From the NCBI RefSeq assembly GCF_000027125.1, contig NC_017626.1: a stretch of DNA of 64,000 nt, one strand, 5' to 3'. Origin of the DNA: Escherichia coli 042. GTDB taxonomy: Bacteria; Pseudomonadota; Gammaproteobacteria; Enterobacterales; Enterobacteriaceae. Under the pieces are notes generated by a model, which was given only the letters and a program-made list of their open reading frames with translations, was not told the DNA's origin and did no database searches. The position numbers and the translations under genes were made by a program. Numbering within the stretch: the first letter of the stretch is position 1; every line of letters begins with the position of its first letter. Shown piece by piece: positions 31,097 to 41,637 of the stretch.

Positions 31097-33608
31097 CTCC
31101 CTGCAAAATGTTTTATCCGGGGTGGGAACCCTGAACCGCTACAGACTGGATATACCTTCCTGCCCGTCATCGCTGGATGTTGAAGATTTCAGCGGAACTG
31201 AAGGCATAAGTAAGATTTACCGGTATGACATCATTTTTACCAGTACGGACAGGTATCCTGATGCTGCCTGGTTCCTGCGTAAATCCGCAACCCTGATAAT
31301 GGGAACCGGATTACTGGAAAGCCTGACTGAACAGAAAAAAGTGCACGGTGTTATTACTGATTTCAGACGTATTTCTGGCTCTGAGGACCAGGCACAATAC
31401 CGGATCACACTTAAACCTTTCATTTCCCTGCTGGATAAACAGTTCCGTACACACCGTTTTTTCGTTAATAAATCAGTGCCTGAGGTGGTGGAGCAAATCC
31501 TGACGGAACACGGGCTGAAAGGCTGGGAGTATGAGTTCAGCCTCAAAAGGACATATCCGAAGCGCGAACAGATTAACCAGTATCAGGAAAGCGATCTGAG
31601 ATTTATCCAGCGCCTGCTGGCAGAAGTGGGCATTTTTTACTTCTTTACGTTGCACCCGGATGCGCAGACAGAGGTGATCCACTTCGGTGACGTCCAGGCG
31701 GCGTTGATATTTGATAAAACACTGCCCGTTAACAGCCCGTCCGGTATGAGTGACAGTGGCACAGACTCAGTATGGGCATTGAATGTGGAGCACCGGGTGG
31801 TGGAAAGCCGTGTTATCACGAACGACTATAACCACCGCGAGGCCCAGAACATACTGATGTCCGTACCGGCGGACATGACCCGTGGAGAAGGTTACGACAC
31901 CAGTTATGGCGAGGTTTATCATTACCGGCCACGCCATACAGAAAGGGGCGATAAAATTGACCCTGCGCCGGAGACGGCTAACTTCTGGGCCCGGCTCGAT
32001 CACGAGCGTTTTCTGGCTGAGCAAACACGTATCACAGGTAAAAGCACCGATGCCAGTCTGTTACCGGCACAGGTGCTGACTATTACTGACAGTACTCCAC
32101 CAGTGTTGCCTGCACCGTTACAGGAGCCGGTTCTGCTCACGCAGCTTCTGTTCACCGGTAGCCGGAAATCTGCGCTACAGGTGATGCTGAGTGCTGTTCC
32201 TTACAGCGAGATTGTCTGCTGGCGACCACCGTTACTTACTCGTCCGAAAATCACCGGGACCATGACGGCCCGTGTGACCAGTGCAAAAGAAGGGGATATC
32301 TACGCCTGGCAGGATGCTTCAGGCATGTACCGGGTGAAATTTGATGCTGACCGTGATGATAAAAATCCGGGACAGGAAAGTATGCCGGTACGTCTGGCCA
32401 AACCCTACAGTGGTGATGCTTATGGTTTTCATTTTCCGCTGATTCAGGGAACGGAAGTGGCCATTGCTTTTGAGGAAGGTGATCCGGATCGTCCCTATAT
32501 AGCGCATGCCCTGCATGATTCACGTCATGTTGATCACGTTACCGATAAGAACGGTACGCGCAATGTTATCCGTACGCCGGCAAATAACAAGTTGCGGATG
32601 GAGGACAAACGCGGTGAGGAGCATATCAAGCTCAGTACCGAGTATGGCGGTAAGACACAACTTAATCTTGGCCATAACGTTGATGCCTCCCGGGAACTCA
32701 GGGGAGAAGGCGCTGAGCTGAGGACTGATGACTGGATAAGTATCCGGGGAGGAAAAGGAATATTTATCAGTGCAGATATGCAGCCTCAGGCACAAGGAAA
32801 GATGCTGGATATGGATGAAGCTATCCGCCAATTGGAGCAGGCATTATCTCTGGCCCGAAGTATGGCGAAGGCCGCAACTGCTGCAAATGCTACTCAGGGA
32901 GATATAAGTTGTCAGCAACGGTTGAATGCATCACTAACAGATCTCACTGCGCCGGGAATGCTGTTGCATGCTCCTGATGGGATTGGCATGGTTAGTGCGC
33001 GGGCGTTACGAATTGCTTCAGGTAGTGAAAGCGTGGGCATAATGTCGGGAGATAACACTGATATTACTGCCGGGCAGTCATTTACAGTTGTAGCAGAAGG
33101 TGCTGTTAGCCTGTTGAGCAGAAACCAGGGGATGCAACTGTTAGCAGCAAAAGGGCGGGTAAATATTCAGGCTCAAAGTGACGATTTGTCAATGAGTTCC
33201 CAACAGAATCTTGATATTCAAAGTTCTGAGGGCAAAGTGACTGTTTCTGCTAATCAGGAACTGATACTGGCATGTGGTGGAGCTTATATCAAACTAAGCG
33301 GTGGAAATATTGAGCTGGGATGCCCGGGACAGATTCTGTTAAAAAGCACGAATATGCAGAAGATGGGACCAACAAGTCTTGATATTGCGTCTGTTGAAAT
33401 GCCGCGAGGGTTTGGGGGCGGTTTTATTCTTACCGATGAAGCGGGAGTGCCGCAACCTTCGACGCCTTATCGATTAACAACGGCTGAAGGTGATATTCTA
33501 CAGGGGATCACCGATGAAAATGGTAAAACAGCGCCAGTCAACACCTCCATTCCGTCAGTAGTAAAAGTTGAGTTTGGGAAGGTAAAAATTCATGGAGAAA
33601 CAGAATGA
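31083..33608 (+). CDS. vgrG: T6SS spike protein VgrG (TssI) with C-terminal extension
   Basis: 841 aa; gp27/gp5-like core and C-terminal extension; followed directly by lipase effector gene. Confidence 0.9.
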   Translation: MNLTDSLQNVLSGVGTLNRYRLDIPSCPSSLDVEDFSGTEGISKIYRYDIIFTSTDRYPDAAWFLRKSATLIMGTGLLESLTEQKKVHGVITDFRRISGSEDQAQYRITLKPFISLLDKQFRTHRFFVNKSVPEVVEQILTEHGLKGWEYEFSLKRTYPKREQINQYQESDLRFIQRLLAEVGIFYFFTLHPDAQTEVIHFGDVQAALIFDKTLPVNSPSGMSDSGTDSVWALNVEHRVVESRVITNDYNHREAQNILMSVPADMTRGEGYDTSYGEVYHYRPRHTERGDKIDPAPETANFWARLDHERFLAEQTRITGKSTDASLLPAQVLTITDSTPPVLPAPLQEPVLLTQLLFTGSRKSALQVMLSAVPYSEIVCWRPPLLTRPKITGTMTARVTSAKEGDIYAWQDASGMYRVKFDADRDDKNPGQESMPVRLAKPYSGDAYGFHFPLIQGTEVAIAFEEGDPDRPYIAHALHDSRHVDHVTDKNGTRNVIRTPANNKLRMEDKRGEEHIKLSTEYGGKTQLNLGHNVDASRELRGEGAELRTDDWISIRGGKGIFISADMQPQAQGKMLDMDEAIRQLEQALSLARSMAKAATAANATQGDISCQQRLNASLTDLTAPGMLLHAPDGIGMVSARALRIASGSESVGIMSGDNTDITAGQSFTVVAEGAVSLLSRNQGMQLLAAKGRVNIQAQSDDLSMSSQQNLDIQSSEGKVTVSANQELILACGGAYIKLSGGNIELGCPGQILLKSTNMQKMGPTSLDIASVEMPRGFGGGFILTDEAGVPQPSTPYRLTTAEGDILQGITDENGKTAPVNTSIPSVVKVEFGKVKIHGETE

Positions 33609-35287
33609 CAAAATATCAGGGATATGACGTAACAGATGCCACCCATAAAACCAGTATTCATAATGACTGGAAAGTTGTTGTTGCAAAGAAAAAACCGGCG
33701 CGGGGTGTGACTTTAACTATTGGCATATTTTTCGATGGTACCGGAAACAATCGGGAGAATACAGCATCTCGCCTGATGAAATTTAATGAGTGTAGTGCAG
33801 CCAGACAGGGGGTAAATCAAAAAGATGCACAAAGCTGTGAGGACTTTCTTAAAGAAATTAACAAGAACAGTATCTCGAATGGCAGTTATCGTGGATATTA
33901 TTCCAATATTCACTGGCTTAATATACTCTATCATCCAGATCAGGTACTTAAAAAAGACCAGACGTCAGCTCAAATTAAGACTTACATTTCCGGGATAGGG
34001 ACTGCGGCTGGTGAAGCAGATTCAGTCATAGGCATGGGATTAGGCACCAGTATTCTGGATATATTTGAAGGTGTGGTGACGAAAACCGACGAGGCAATGG
34101 AACGAATCACCCAGGCGTTATCAGAATTTATGGGGTTCAATTTAAGTCCTGATTTTTGTATCGCAAAAATCCAGTTTGATGTTTTTGGTTTTAGCCGGGG
34201 AGCAGCGGCGGCAAGGCACTTTGCCAATCGGGTTATGGAACAGGATCCTGCTATAGCCAGAGCTATTGCTAAAGGGCTCAGAGGCGATTTTTATGATGGT
34301 AAACCTTCTGGTGAAGTACGTTTTCTGGGGCTTTTTGATACTGTCGCAGCTATTGGTGGAATCAGTAATTTCTTCGATATTAATGGACGTAGCAACCCGG
34401 GAGTAAAGCTGGAGTTGCGTCCTTCAGTCGCGAAGAAAGTTTTCCAGATTACTGCAATGAATGAATACCGATATAATTTCAGCCTGAACAGTATTAAAGG
34501 TATGTGGCCCGAACTGGCTTTACCGGGGGCGCATTCAGATATTGGAGGTGGTTACAATCCGGTAGGTTCACCTCTGCAGGAAAATGAAAGTCTGTTTCTG
34601 AGTTGCCCGGAATTTGAAATTGTCAGTGACGATACCAGAGAAATGGATACGCGAGTATACCGTAAAGCAGAGCAAGTCAGAAAAATGTTGATGACTCTGC
34701 CAGCCTTAAAACATATTTTGCCTCATGGAAAACTAACCACCAAAATTCGTTCCATAGGTGTGAACAACAGCAATCAACGTCGGGCTGGTGTGATACAAAA
34801 GCAGGTGGGAGCCGCAGTATTTTTTGAGCGTATGGCAGTACCTAATGACTGGGCTAATGTTTGCCTGCGTGTGATGCTGGATGCTGCTCAGGAAGCAGGG
34901 GTATTGTTTGAACCAATTCGACAAACAAATACTGAGTTACAACTTCCATCTGAACTAATATTTCTTGCTGACAAAGCCATTGCTCAGGGAAAAGCGGTAC
35001 GTTTGGGGCAAGAGCCTCAGGCTTTTACTGAGGAAGAGTTGTATATTATCGGAAAATACACCCATTGTTCCGCTAACTGGAATATTGAGTCTGATGGTAA
35101 TTTATGGGTGGATCCTACAACGGGAGAGATTTTTATCCATCGCTTTGGTCCTAAAGGTAATAAGGCGTTCGTTTTTCCGAATAAACCAAATGATCGCTGG
35201 ATTCGTTCTGTATGGTACATGGATGATCAGCAGCGATTGAATGATAACGCAGTAAAAAATACTAAAGTTATGATGTCTGGTGTTTAA
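33605..35287 (+). CDS. tle1: Tle1-family T6SS phospholipase effector (DUF2235 alpha/beta hydrolase)
   Basis: IGIFFDGTGNN motif and GFSRG (GxSxG) nucleophile elbow; ATGA overlap with vgrG. Confidence 0.85.
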   Translation: MTKYQGYDVTDATHKTSIHNDWKVVVAKKKPARGVTLTIGIFFDGTGNNRENTASRLMKFNECSAARQGVNQKDAQSCEDFLKEINKNSISNGSYRGYYSNIHWLNILYHPDQVLKKDQTSAQIKTYISGIGTAAGEADSVIGMGLGTSILDIFEGVVTKTDEAMERITQALSEFMGFNLSPDFCIAKIQFDVFGFSRGAAAARHFANRVMEQDPAIARAIAKGLRGDFYDGKPSGEVRFLGLFDTVAAIGGISNFFDINGRSNPGVKLELRPSVAKKVFQITAMNEYRYNFSLNSIKGMWPELALPGAHSDIGGGYNPVGSPLQENESLFLSCPEFEIVSDDTREMDTRVYRKAEQVRKMLMTLPALKHILPHGKLTTKIRSIGVNNSNQRRAGVIQKQVGAAVFFERMAVPNDWANVCLRVMLDAAQEAGVLFEPIRQTNTELQLPSELIFLADKAIAQGKAVRLGQEPQAFTEEELYIIGKYTHCSANWNIESDGNLWVDPTTGEIFIHRFGPKGNKAFVFPNKPNDRWIRSVWYMDDQQRLNDNAVKNTKVMMSGV

Positions 35288-35906
35288 CGCTACAGGATGA
35301 CAATACATGACCAGAGATAAAATCATTTTTATCGCACCATTATTGGCATTGTTAACTGGGTGTAATTCGGTTAGCTCACGGTATGCTGATTTGGATAAGA
35401 CTGAATGGGGTTATAAAAAATTACCCTATGATGAATGGAAATTTCTCTTTATTTATCCAAAGGCTCTGCCTGCGCTGGCCACCCAGGCGTTGATGGTGGA
35501 CGGGGAAGGTTATAAGACGACTTATCAGTATCTTGATAATACCGAGCCGAGTCAGGTCAGTGTAGGGCGCTGGAATGACCATCTGGGCGCGACTGAGTCG
35601 TATTATAACAAGGGGAAAGCATTACCCCTGATGTTGCGTTTTTGCTGGGATTCAATAATTGATAAAAAGAGTTATGAAACTCTGATTTTTTTTAAAAAAG
35701 GGACCTGGGAGCAGATGGTTACGCCTTACGCAGACAACCGCTGGAACGAAACCTATTATCGTTCAACGATGATTATTGGTCTGGCTCCTGAAGGGAAGGT
35801 AAGAGTCTGGCTGGGAGATCGCGGTAATCCGGTGGTACCTCAGTTGGATGCTAAAATTACTACAGTATCGGGTGATAAAATGAAGATGTGTAAGGGGGTT
35901 ACTAAA
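35238..35906 (+). repeat. Direct repeat copy 1 (~669 bp): last ~50 bp of tle1 plus most of tli1-a
   Basis: Matches 36059..36727 at a constant 821-bp offset; encoded proteins identical over ~200 aa. Confidence 0.8.
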
Positions 35907-35984
35907 AGTGATTTCTCATATGGATATGATGAAGATATTAAGGAGTTTATCAGAGATAAAACTTATCCTTACGGTAACTGGTGA
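35307..35984 (+). CDS. tli1: Tli1-like lipoprotein immunity protein, copy a
   Basis: Lipobox LLTGC; immediately downstream of tle1; 225 aa. Confidence 0.7.
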   Translation: MTRDKIIFIAPLLALLTGCNSVSSRYADLDKTEWGYKKLPYDEWKFLFIYPKALPALATQALMVDGEGYKTTYQYLDNTEPSQVSVGRWNDHLGATESYYNKGKALPLMLRFCWDSIIDKKSYETLIFFKKGTWEQMVTPYADNRWNETYYRSTMIIGLAPEGKVRVWLGDRGNPVVPQLDAKITTVSGDKMKMCKGVTKSDFSYGYDEDIKEFIRDKTYPYGNW

Positions 35985-36058
35985 CTCAAACCAGAATAAT
36001 GATGAGCATATAAAAAGAAAATCTAATTTTCATCTGGCGTAAAAAAACGGGCAATAGC

Positions 36059-36727
36059 TGAATGATAACGCAGTAAAAAATACTAAAGTTATGATGTCTG
36101 GTGTTTAACGCTACAGGATGACAATACATGACCAGAGATAAAATCATTTTTATCGCACCATTATTGGCATTGTTAACTGGGTGTAATTCGGTTAGCTCAC
36201 GGTATGCTGATTTGGATAAGACTGAATGGGGTTATAAAAAATTACCCTATGATGAATGGAAATTTCTCTTTATTTATCCAAAGGCTCTGCCTGCGCTGGC
36301 CACCCAGGCGTTGATGGTGGACGGGGAAGGTTATAAGACGACTTATCAGTATCTTGATAATACCGAGCCGAGTCAGGTCAGTGTAGGGCGCTGGAATGAC
36401 CATCTGGGCGCGACTGAGTCGTATTATAACAAGGGGAAAGCATTACCCCTGATGTTGCGTTTTTGCTGGGATTCAATAATTGATAAAAAGAGTTATGAAA
36501 CTCTGATTTTTTTTAAAAAAGGGACCTGGGAGCAGATGGTTACGCCTTACGCAGACAACCGCTGGAACGAAACCTATTATCGTTCAACGATGATTATTGG
36601 TCTGGCTCCTGAAGGGAAGGTAAGAGTCTGGCTGGGAGATCGCGGTAATCCGGTGGTACCTCAGTTGGATGCTAAAATTACTACAGTATCGGGTGATAAA
36701 ATGAAGATGTGTAAGGGGGTTACTAAA
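36059..36727 (+). repeat. Direct repeat copy 2 (~669 bp), including a fossil of the tle1 3' end upstream of tli1-b
   Basis: Sequence tgaatgataacgcagtaaaaaatactaaagttatgatgtctggtgtttaa (tle1 stop region) recurs before second tli1. Confidence 0.8.
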
Positions 36728-36805
36728 CATCCAGATGGATATGTTTATTACGGTGATACACCAGATTTTATCAAAGGGAAAATTTATCCCTACGGCAACT
36801 GGTGA
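36128..36805 (+). CDS. tli1: Tli1-like lipoprotein immunity protein, copy b (divergent C-terminal ~25 aa)
   Basis: Identical to copy a through ...KMKMCKGVTK, then diverges (HPDGYVYYGDTPDFIKGKIYPYGNW). Confidence 0.7.
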   Translation: MTRDKIIFIAPLLALLTGCNSVSSRYADLDKTEWGYKKLPYDEWKFLFIYPKALPALATQALMVDGEGYKTTYQYLDNTEPSQVSVGRWNDHLGATESYYNKGKALPLMLRFCWDSIIDKKSYETLIFFKKGTWEQMVTPYADNRWNETYYRSTMIIGLAPEGKVRVWLGDRGNPVVPQLDAKITTVSGDKMKMCKGVTKHPDGYVYYGDTPDFIKGKIYPYGNW

Positions 36806-36836
36806 CTCAAAGTGAAAATTTATTTTTGAGAGTATT

Positions 36837-37103
36837 ATGTCTAAAGGTTTTGTATTGCTTGGTGATAATACCACACATGGTGGTAAAGTTATTTCTGCAT
36901 CTTCAACCATGATTGTCGATGGTAAAAAAGTAGCTCTTGTTGGAGATATGGTTAGTTGCCCTGTTTCCGGACATGGTACCAATCCTATTGTGGAGGGCTC
37001 TCCTGAATGGATATCTGATGGAAGAGCTGTTGTGATTGATGGATGTAAATGTCTGTGTGGGTGTAAGGTTATATCCAGTGCACCGGAATGTGCAATAGGA
37101 TAA
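36837..37103 (+). CDS. PAAR-domain spike-tip protein
   Basis: 88 aa, Gly/Cys-rich (GDMVSCPVSGHG, CKCLCGCKV) typical of PAAR cone proteins. Confidence 0.75.
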   Translation: MSKGFVLLGDNTTHGGKVISASSTMIVDGKKVALVGDMVSCPVSGHGTNPIVEGSPEWISDGRAVVIDGCKCLCGCKVISSAPECAIG

Positions 37104-37106
37104 AAC

Positions 37107-38255
37107 ATGGGATGGAGCAGAACAAAATCATTATCAACAGAATTACCTCATAAACCATCAATGATGTTGTGGTTTATGACAGGGGCATTTATGGCTGTTG
37201 TTGGTGCTCTGTTGTTTATTATCCGGGCATCAGAATATGTGAAAGCATTAAATAATTTCAGTATCTGGTGGCTTGCATTGACTCCTCCGGGGTGCTGGTT
37301 TTTCCTGTTTTGCCTGCGACACTGGCAGTGGAGCAACCAGATGGATGAACATTTGTTTCTTAAAAAAGAGGGGGAGTATGCTCAGAAACAGTGGGAATCC
37401 TGGGCCGAAAGGTATCTTGTTATTACTGCCAGTTGTGTTTATTTGCCTGATAAAATAACGGTAGCTACTCTTTGTGATGAATTGCCTCTGCAGTACGGCC
37501 TTGTAAAGAAAATAGATTATCTTTCTGACAGTGGGCATAAGGTTGAAGCCTCTTTACGTGTCTTGCTTAGGGAGATAACGGATAAATTTTGTCAGTTACC
37601 TGCCGCTCTCCCTGTAAATGTGACGCTGATAACCGATCAGCCTGATTCTGAAATCAGATCTGCTTTTGTTTCTGCATGGGAAGCGTTATTTCCCCAACGC
37701 GTCGTTCCTGACAATATCGAGGTTACTCCTGACTTTTCCATGGGGTGGGTTGATGAGCGTCTGAAACAACCAGTGCTGACTGTGGATTTGATACTGGTAA
37801 TACAGCTTAATGGGGGAAATACATACTCTGACGGACTGGCTGCACTTTTGTTGACCAGCGATGATGTTGCGCAAAAATATAATCTGTCGCATTCAGCCCG
37901 TCTGCTACGCCCGATGTCGCTGGATATCAACAAGTTTAATGATGAATTCACACTTTTCCTTGAAACCCAGACAGCAGCCTGTCGTACCGCTCGTGTACTG
38001 GGAGACTGTTATCACTGGGAAAAGATTGCTGCACCGCTGATGACTATTGGAAACCAGTATGGTGCCGGATGGGAACCGTCCGGACGTATGTTACTGGAAA
38101 AATGGTGCGGTATCCCGGGACCTGCTGCTCCGTGGCTGCTTACTGCTCTGGCAGCCGATCTGGTCTGTCTTGGTAATGATTCTCTCCTGACTTTATTCTC
38201 ATCCGGAGAAGAACATTTTATCAGTACTGTTACATCAGGAAACCAGAATGAATAA
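37107..38255 (+). CDS. Hypothetical membrane protein between PAAR and tssM
   Basis: 382 aa; two N-terminal TM helices; tightly packed with flanking genes. Confidence 0.5.
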   Translation: MGWSRTKSLSTELPHKPSMMLWFMTGAFMAVVGALLFIIRASEYVKALNNFSIWWLALTPPGCWFFLFCLRHWQWSNQMDEHLFLKKEGEYAQKQWESWAERYLVITASCVYLPDKITVATLCDELPLQYGLVKKIDYLSDSGHKVEASLRVLLREITDKFCQLPAALPVNVTLITDQPDSEIRSAFVSAWEALFPQRVVPDNIEVTPDFSMGWVDERLKQPVLTVDLILVIQLNGGNTYSDGLAALLLTSDDVAQKYNLSHSARLLRPMSLDINKFNDEFTLFLETQTAACRTARVLGDCYHWEKIAAPLMTIGNQYGAGWEPSGRMLLEKWCGIPGPAAPWLLTALAADLVCLGNDSLLTLFSSGEEHFISTVTSGNQNE

Positions 38256-41200
38256 ACTGGCCTGTCTGTCTGGTCGCTTTGGGCGACCGGGGATTGTATT
38301 TATTGGTGTGGCTGCGCTCTGGTGGCTGATAACCCGATATGGAGCATATCTGGGGGCAGAAACACGCCGGGATCAAATACTACTGCTGATATTGCTGAGT
38401 CTGGGGGTGCTCTTTGTCTGTTACCTGCCTGTGATGAAAAAATATGTTCAGGAACTGACATATCGACGCAGGGCCCGTAAGGAGCAAAGGTTACCTGACG
38501 ATGAAGAGCGATTGGCTCAGACGCCACCGCGCTATGTTACTGTTCAGGATATTCGTCATACTCTGCGGCGCCAGTATGGCAGATTCTGGGGACGTAAGAT
38601 ACGCATTCTGTTGATAACAGGTACCGCCTCTGAGGTTGAGTTGTTGACCCCGGGCCTGACAGAACAGTTCTGGCAGGAAGAGCAGGGGACATTGCTTCTC
38701 TGGGGAGGAGACCCCTCGCAGCCGGAAAACGCAGACTGGCTGGCTGCGTTACGCCGTCTGCGTTACCGGCCTGCTGATGGCATTGTCTGGGTAACTTCCG
38801 GACTGAGTGAAACATTATCCGCACCACTGACAGAAGATGCCCTGGACAGGGTTTCCCGTGCGGTCAGTTCATGTTGTGAGCGCCTTGGCTGGCGTCTGCC
38901 GCTGTATGTCTGGTCACTGCAGGAGAGTCCGGATGAGCGAGGGCGTATTACTCAGCCCGTGGGATGCCTTCTGCCAGCAGAATGTAGTTCTGACAAACTG
39001 AAAGCACAACTACAGGCCATGCTCCCCGGGCTTGTTGCTCAGGGGATACAGCAGATATGCTGTGCCCCTCGGTATTATTTTTTGTTGTCGCTGGCAGAGC
39101 GATTCAGACGAAATATTGATGCTGTGGTGGAGCCATTATCCGTATTACTCCGTCCATACCGTCAGTTGTTGCTGGCGGGTATTGTTTTCAGTCCGGCAAC
39201 TGTCGGCGGTGAACGAAGTGTCAGACATCGCTGGCGAATGGATAACCGCTGGGAGGCGTTGCCGGAGACAGTGCAGCAATTACCTGTCCGGCTACAGCCT
39301 TCCCGCACAGGTCATAACTGGCGCAGAAGTCTGGCCGTTATGGCGGCCATACTGATGATGGCTCAGGGAACAGGAATGGTGGTTTCCTTTCTGGCAAACC
39401 GGAGTCTGGTTGCTGAAGTACAGGAACAGATTCGTCCGGCTCAGAACCAGCAACTGTCTCCTGCAGAACGTCTGCAGGCGTTGCTGAATCTGCAGAAATC
39501 CCTGGCCCGCCTTCAGTACCGGGAGGAGCACGGGGCGCCATGGTACCTGCGGGCCGGTATGAATCAGAATGCAGACCTGCTCGCGGTCGTAATGCCCCTT
39601 TATGCACAAAATGCACATCTTTTACTGCGTGATGCCGCTGCTGCTCATCTTGAGCAGCAGCTCAGGACATTTATTCGTCTTCCTCCGGACAGCCCGCAGC
39701 GGGGGAAAATGGCAAAAGCCGCATATGACCAGCTCAGACTGTATCTGATGCTGGCGCAACCGCAACATATGGAGCCCGCCTGGTTCAGTCGTACGCTCAT
39801 GCGGGAATGGCCACAGCGTGACGGTGTGAGTGCCGTTTTCTGGCAGGCTAATGGCCCGACGTTGCTGGCGTATTATGCCTCCGGGATTATTACTCATCCT
39901 CAGTGGAAGCTGACGGCTGATGAAGAGCTGGTCAGCCAGAGCAGAACTCTGCTGCTTCGCCATCTGGGAACACAGAACAGCGATGCCATGCTGTATCAGA
40001 AAATGCTGGCACGGGTGGCACATCAGTTTGCGGATATGCGTCTGACGGATATGACCGGTGATACTGATGTCTCCCGCCTCTTTTTTACGGATGAAGTGGT
40101 TCCCGGTATGTTTACCCGCCAGGCCTGGGAAGAGGCCGTATTGCCGTCGATAGACACCGTGATTAATGAGCGTCGTGAAGAAATGGACTGGGTACTGACG
40201 GATGGCAGGCAGAAGGCACCGTCACCGGTATCGCCGGAAGCACTCAGACAGCGCCTGACAACGCGCTATTTTGCTGATTTTGGTAATGCCTGGCTGAATT
40301 TTCTGAACAGTCTGCACTTGCGTAAAGCTCAGACGCTGTCTGATGTGACAGAGCAACTGACGCTTATGGCTGATGTGCGCCAGTCCCCCCTGGTTGCTCT
40401 GATGAATACGCTGGCGGTTCAGGGGTGTACTGGCCAGCCCCGGGAAGCGGTTACTGATTCACTGGTTAAATCTGCCAGAAACCTGCTTTCACAGGAAAAA
40501 CAGCCAGTGGCAGTACCGGAAAGCCGGCTTCACGGTCCTCTGGCGACGACTTTCGGGCCGGTGCTTGCACTGATGGATAATCAGAACAACAGTGCGGATA
40601 TGCTGAATCTGCAGACATATCTGACCCGGGTGACACAGGTTCGTCTGCGTCTGCAACAGATTGCCGGCTCTTCTGACCCGCAGGCCATGATGCAGTTGCT
40701 GGCACAGACAGTATTGCAGGGGAAATCGGTTGATTTAACCGATACCCGGGATTACGGCAGCCTGACCGCTGCCGGACTCGGACAGGAGTGGTATGGCTTC
40801 GGACAGACGGTCTTTGTTCGCCCGATGGAGCAGGCGTGGCAGCAGGTTCTTACGCCCGCGGCAGAAAGTCTGAATGCCCGGTGGCGTACTGCGGTGGTGG
40901 ATGGCTGGAATAATGCATTTTCCGGGCGTTATCCGTTTAAAAATGTCAGCAGCGATGCTTCGCTTCCCCTGCTGGCAAAATACCTGAATACGGACACGGG
41001 ACGTATTGCCCGTTTCCTGCAGAATAACCTGAGTGGTGTGTTGCACAGGGAAGGCAGTCGCTGGGTACCTGATACCATTAATACCCGGGGACTGACATTC
41101 AACCCTGCGTTTCTGAAAGCCATCAATACCCTGAGTGAAATAGCGGATGTGGCGTTCACCACAGGTAACGCGGGGCTGCATTTTGAGCTGCGCCCGGGAA

Positions 41201-41637
41201 CTGCTGCCGGTGTGATGCAGACGACGCTGATAACCGATAATCAGAAACTGATTTATGTTAATCAGATGCCGGTATGGAAGCGATTTACCTGGCCGGCTGA
41301 TACGGAAGCACCTGGCGCCAGTTTAAGCTGGGTAAGCACTCAGGCCGGTACCCGTCAGTATGCAGACCTGCCGGGAAGCTGGGGGCTGATACGTCTGCTT
41401 GAGATGGCCCGACGGAAAGCCGCACCGGGCGTTGCCAGTGGCTGGAGCCTGAGCTGGCAGGCGCAGGACGGTCGTATGCTGAATTACACACTGCGAACTG
41501 AAGCGGGGGAAGGGCCGCTTGTATTGCTGAAACTCCGCAATTTTGTTCTGCCGGAAACGGTTTTCGAACTCTCCGGCACGTCAGCGTTTACAGGCAATGA
41601 CGAAGATGCCGGGGATACCGTGGAGGAGACTGACTGA
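38248..41637 (+). CDS. tssM: T6SS membrane complex subunit TssM (IcmF-like)
   Basis: 1129 aa; N-terminal TM helices, large periplasmic domain. Confidence 0.9.
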   Translation: MNKLACLSGRFGRPGIVFIGVAALWWLITRYGAYLGAETRRDQILLLILLSLGVLFVCYLPVMKKYVQELTYRRRARKEQRLPDDEERLAQTPPRYVTVQDIRHTLRRQYGRFWGRKIRILLITGTASEVELLTPGLTEQFWQEEQGTLLLWGGDPSQPENADWLAALRRLRYRPADGIVWVTSGLSETLSAPLTEDALDRVSRAVSSCCERLGWRLPLYVWSLQESPDERGRITQPVGCLLPAECSSDKLKAQLQAMLPGLVAQGIQQICCAPRYYFLLSLAERFRRNIDAVVEPLSVLLRPYRQLLLAGIVFSPATVGGERSVRHRWRMDNRWEALPETVQQLPVRLQPSRTGHNWRRSLAVMAAILMMAQGTGMVVSFLANRSLVAEVQEQIRPAQNQQLSPAERLQALLNLQKSLARLQYREEHGAPWYLRAGMNQNADLLAVVMPLYAQNAHLLLRDAAAAHLEQQLRTFIRLPPDSPQRGKMAKAAYDQLRLYLMLAQPQHMEPAWFSRTLMREWPQRDGVSAVFWQANGPTLLAYYASGIITHPQWKLTADEELVSQSRTLLLRHLGTQNSDAMLYQKMLARVAHQFADMRLTDMTGDTDVSRLFFTDEVVPGMFTRQAWEEAVLPSIDTVINERREEMDWVLTDGRQKAPSPVSPEALRQRLTTRYFADFGNAWLNFLNSLHLRKAQTLSDVTEQLTLMADVRQSPLVALMNTLAVQGCTGQPREAVTDSLVKSARNLLSQEKQPVAVPESRLHGPLATTFGPVLALMDNQNNSADMLNLQTYLTRVTQVRLRLQQIAGSSDPQAMMQLLAQTVLQGKSVDLTDTRDYGSLTAAGLGQEWYGFGQTVFVRPMEQAWQQVLTPAAESLNARWRTAVVDGWNNAFSGRYPFKNVSSDASLPLLAKYLNTDTGRIARFLQNNLSGVLHREGSRWVPDTINTRGLTFNPAFLKAINTLSEIADVAFTTGNAGLHFELRPGTAAGVMQTTLITDNQKLIYVNQMPVWKRFTWPADTEAPGASLSWVSTQAGTRQYADLPGSWGLIRLLEMARRKAAPGVASGWSLSWQAQDGRMLNYTLRTEAGEGPLVLLKLRNFVLPETVFELSGTSAFTGNDEDAGDTVEETD

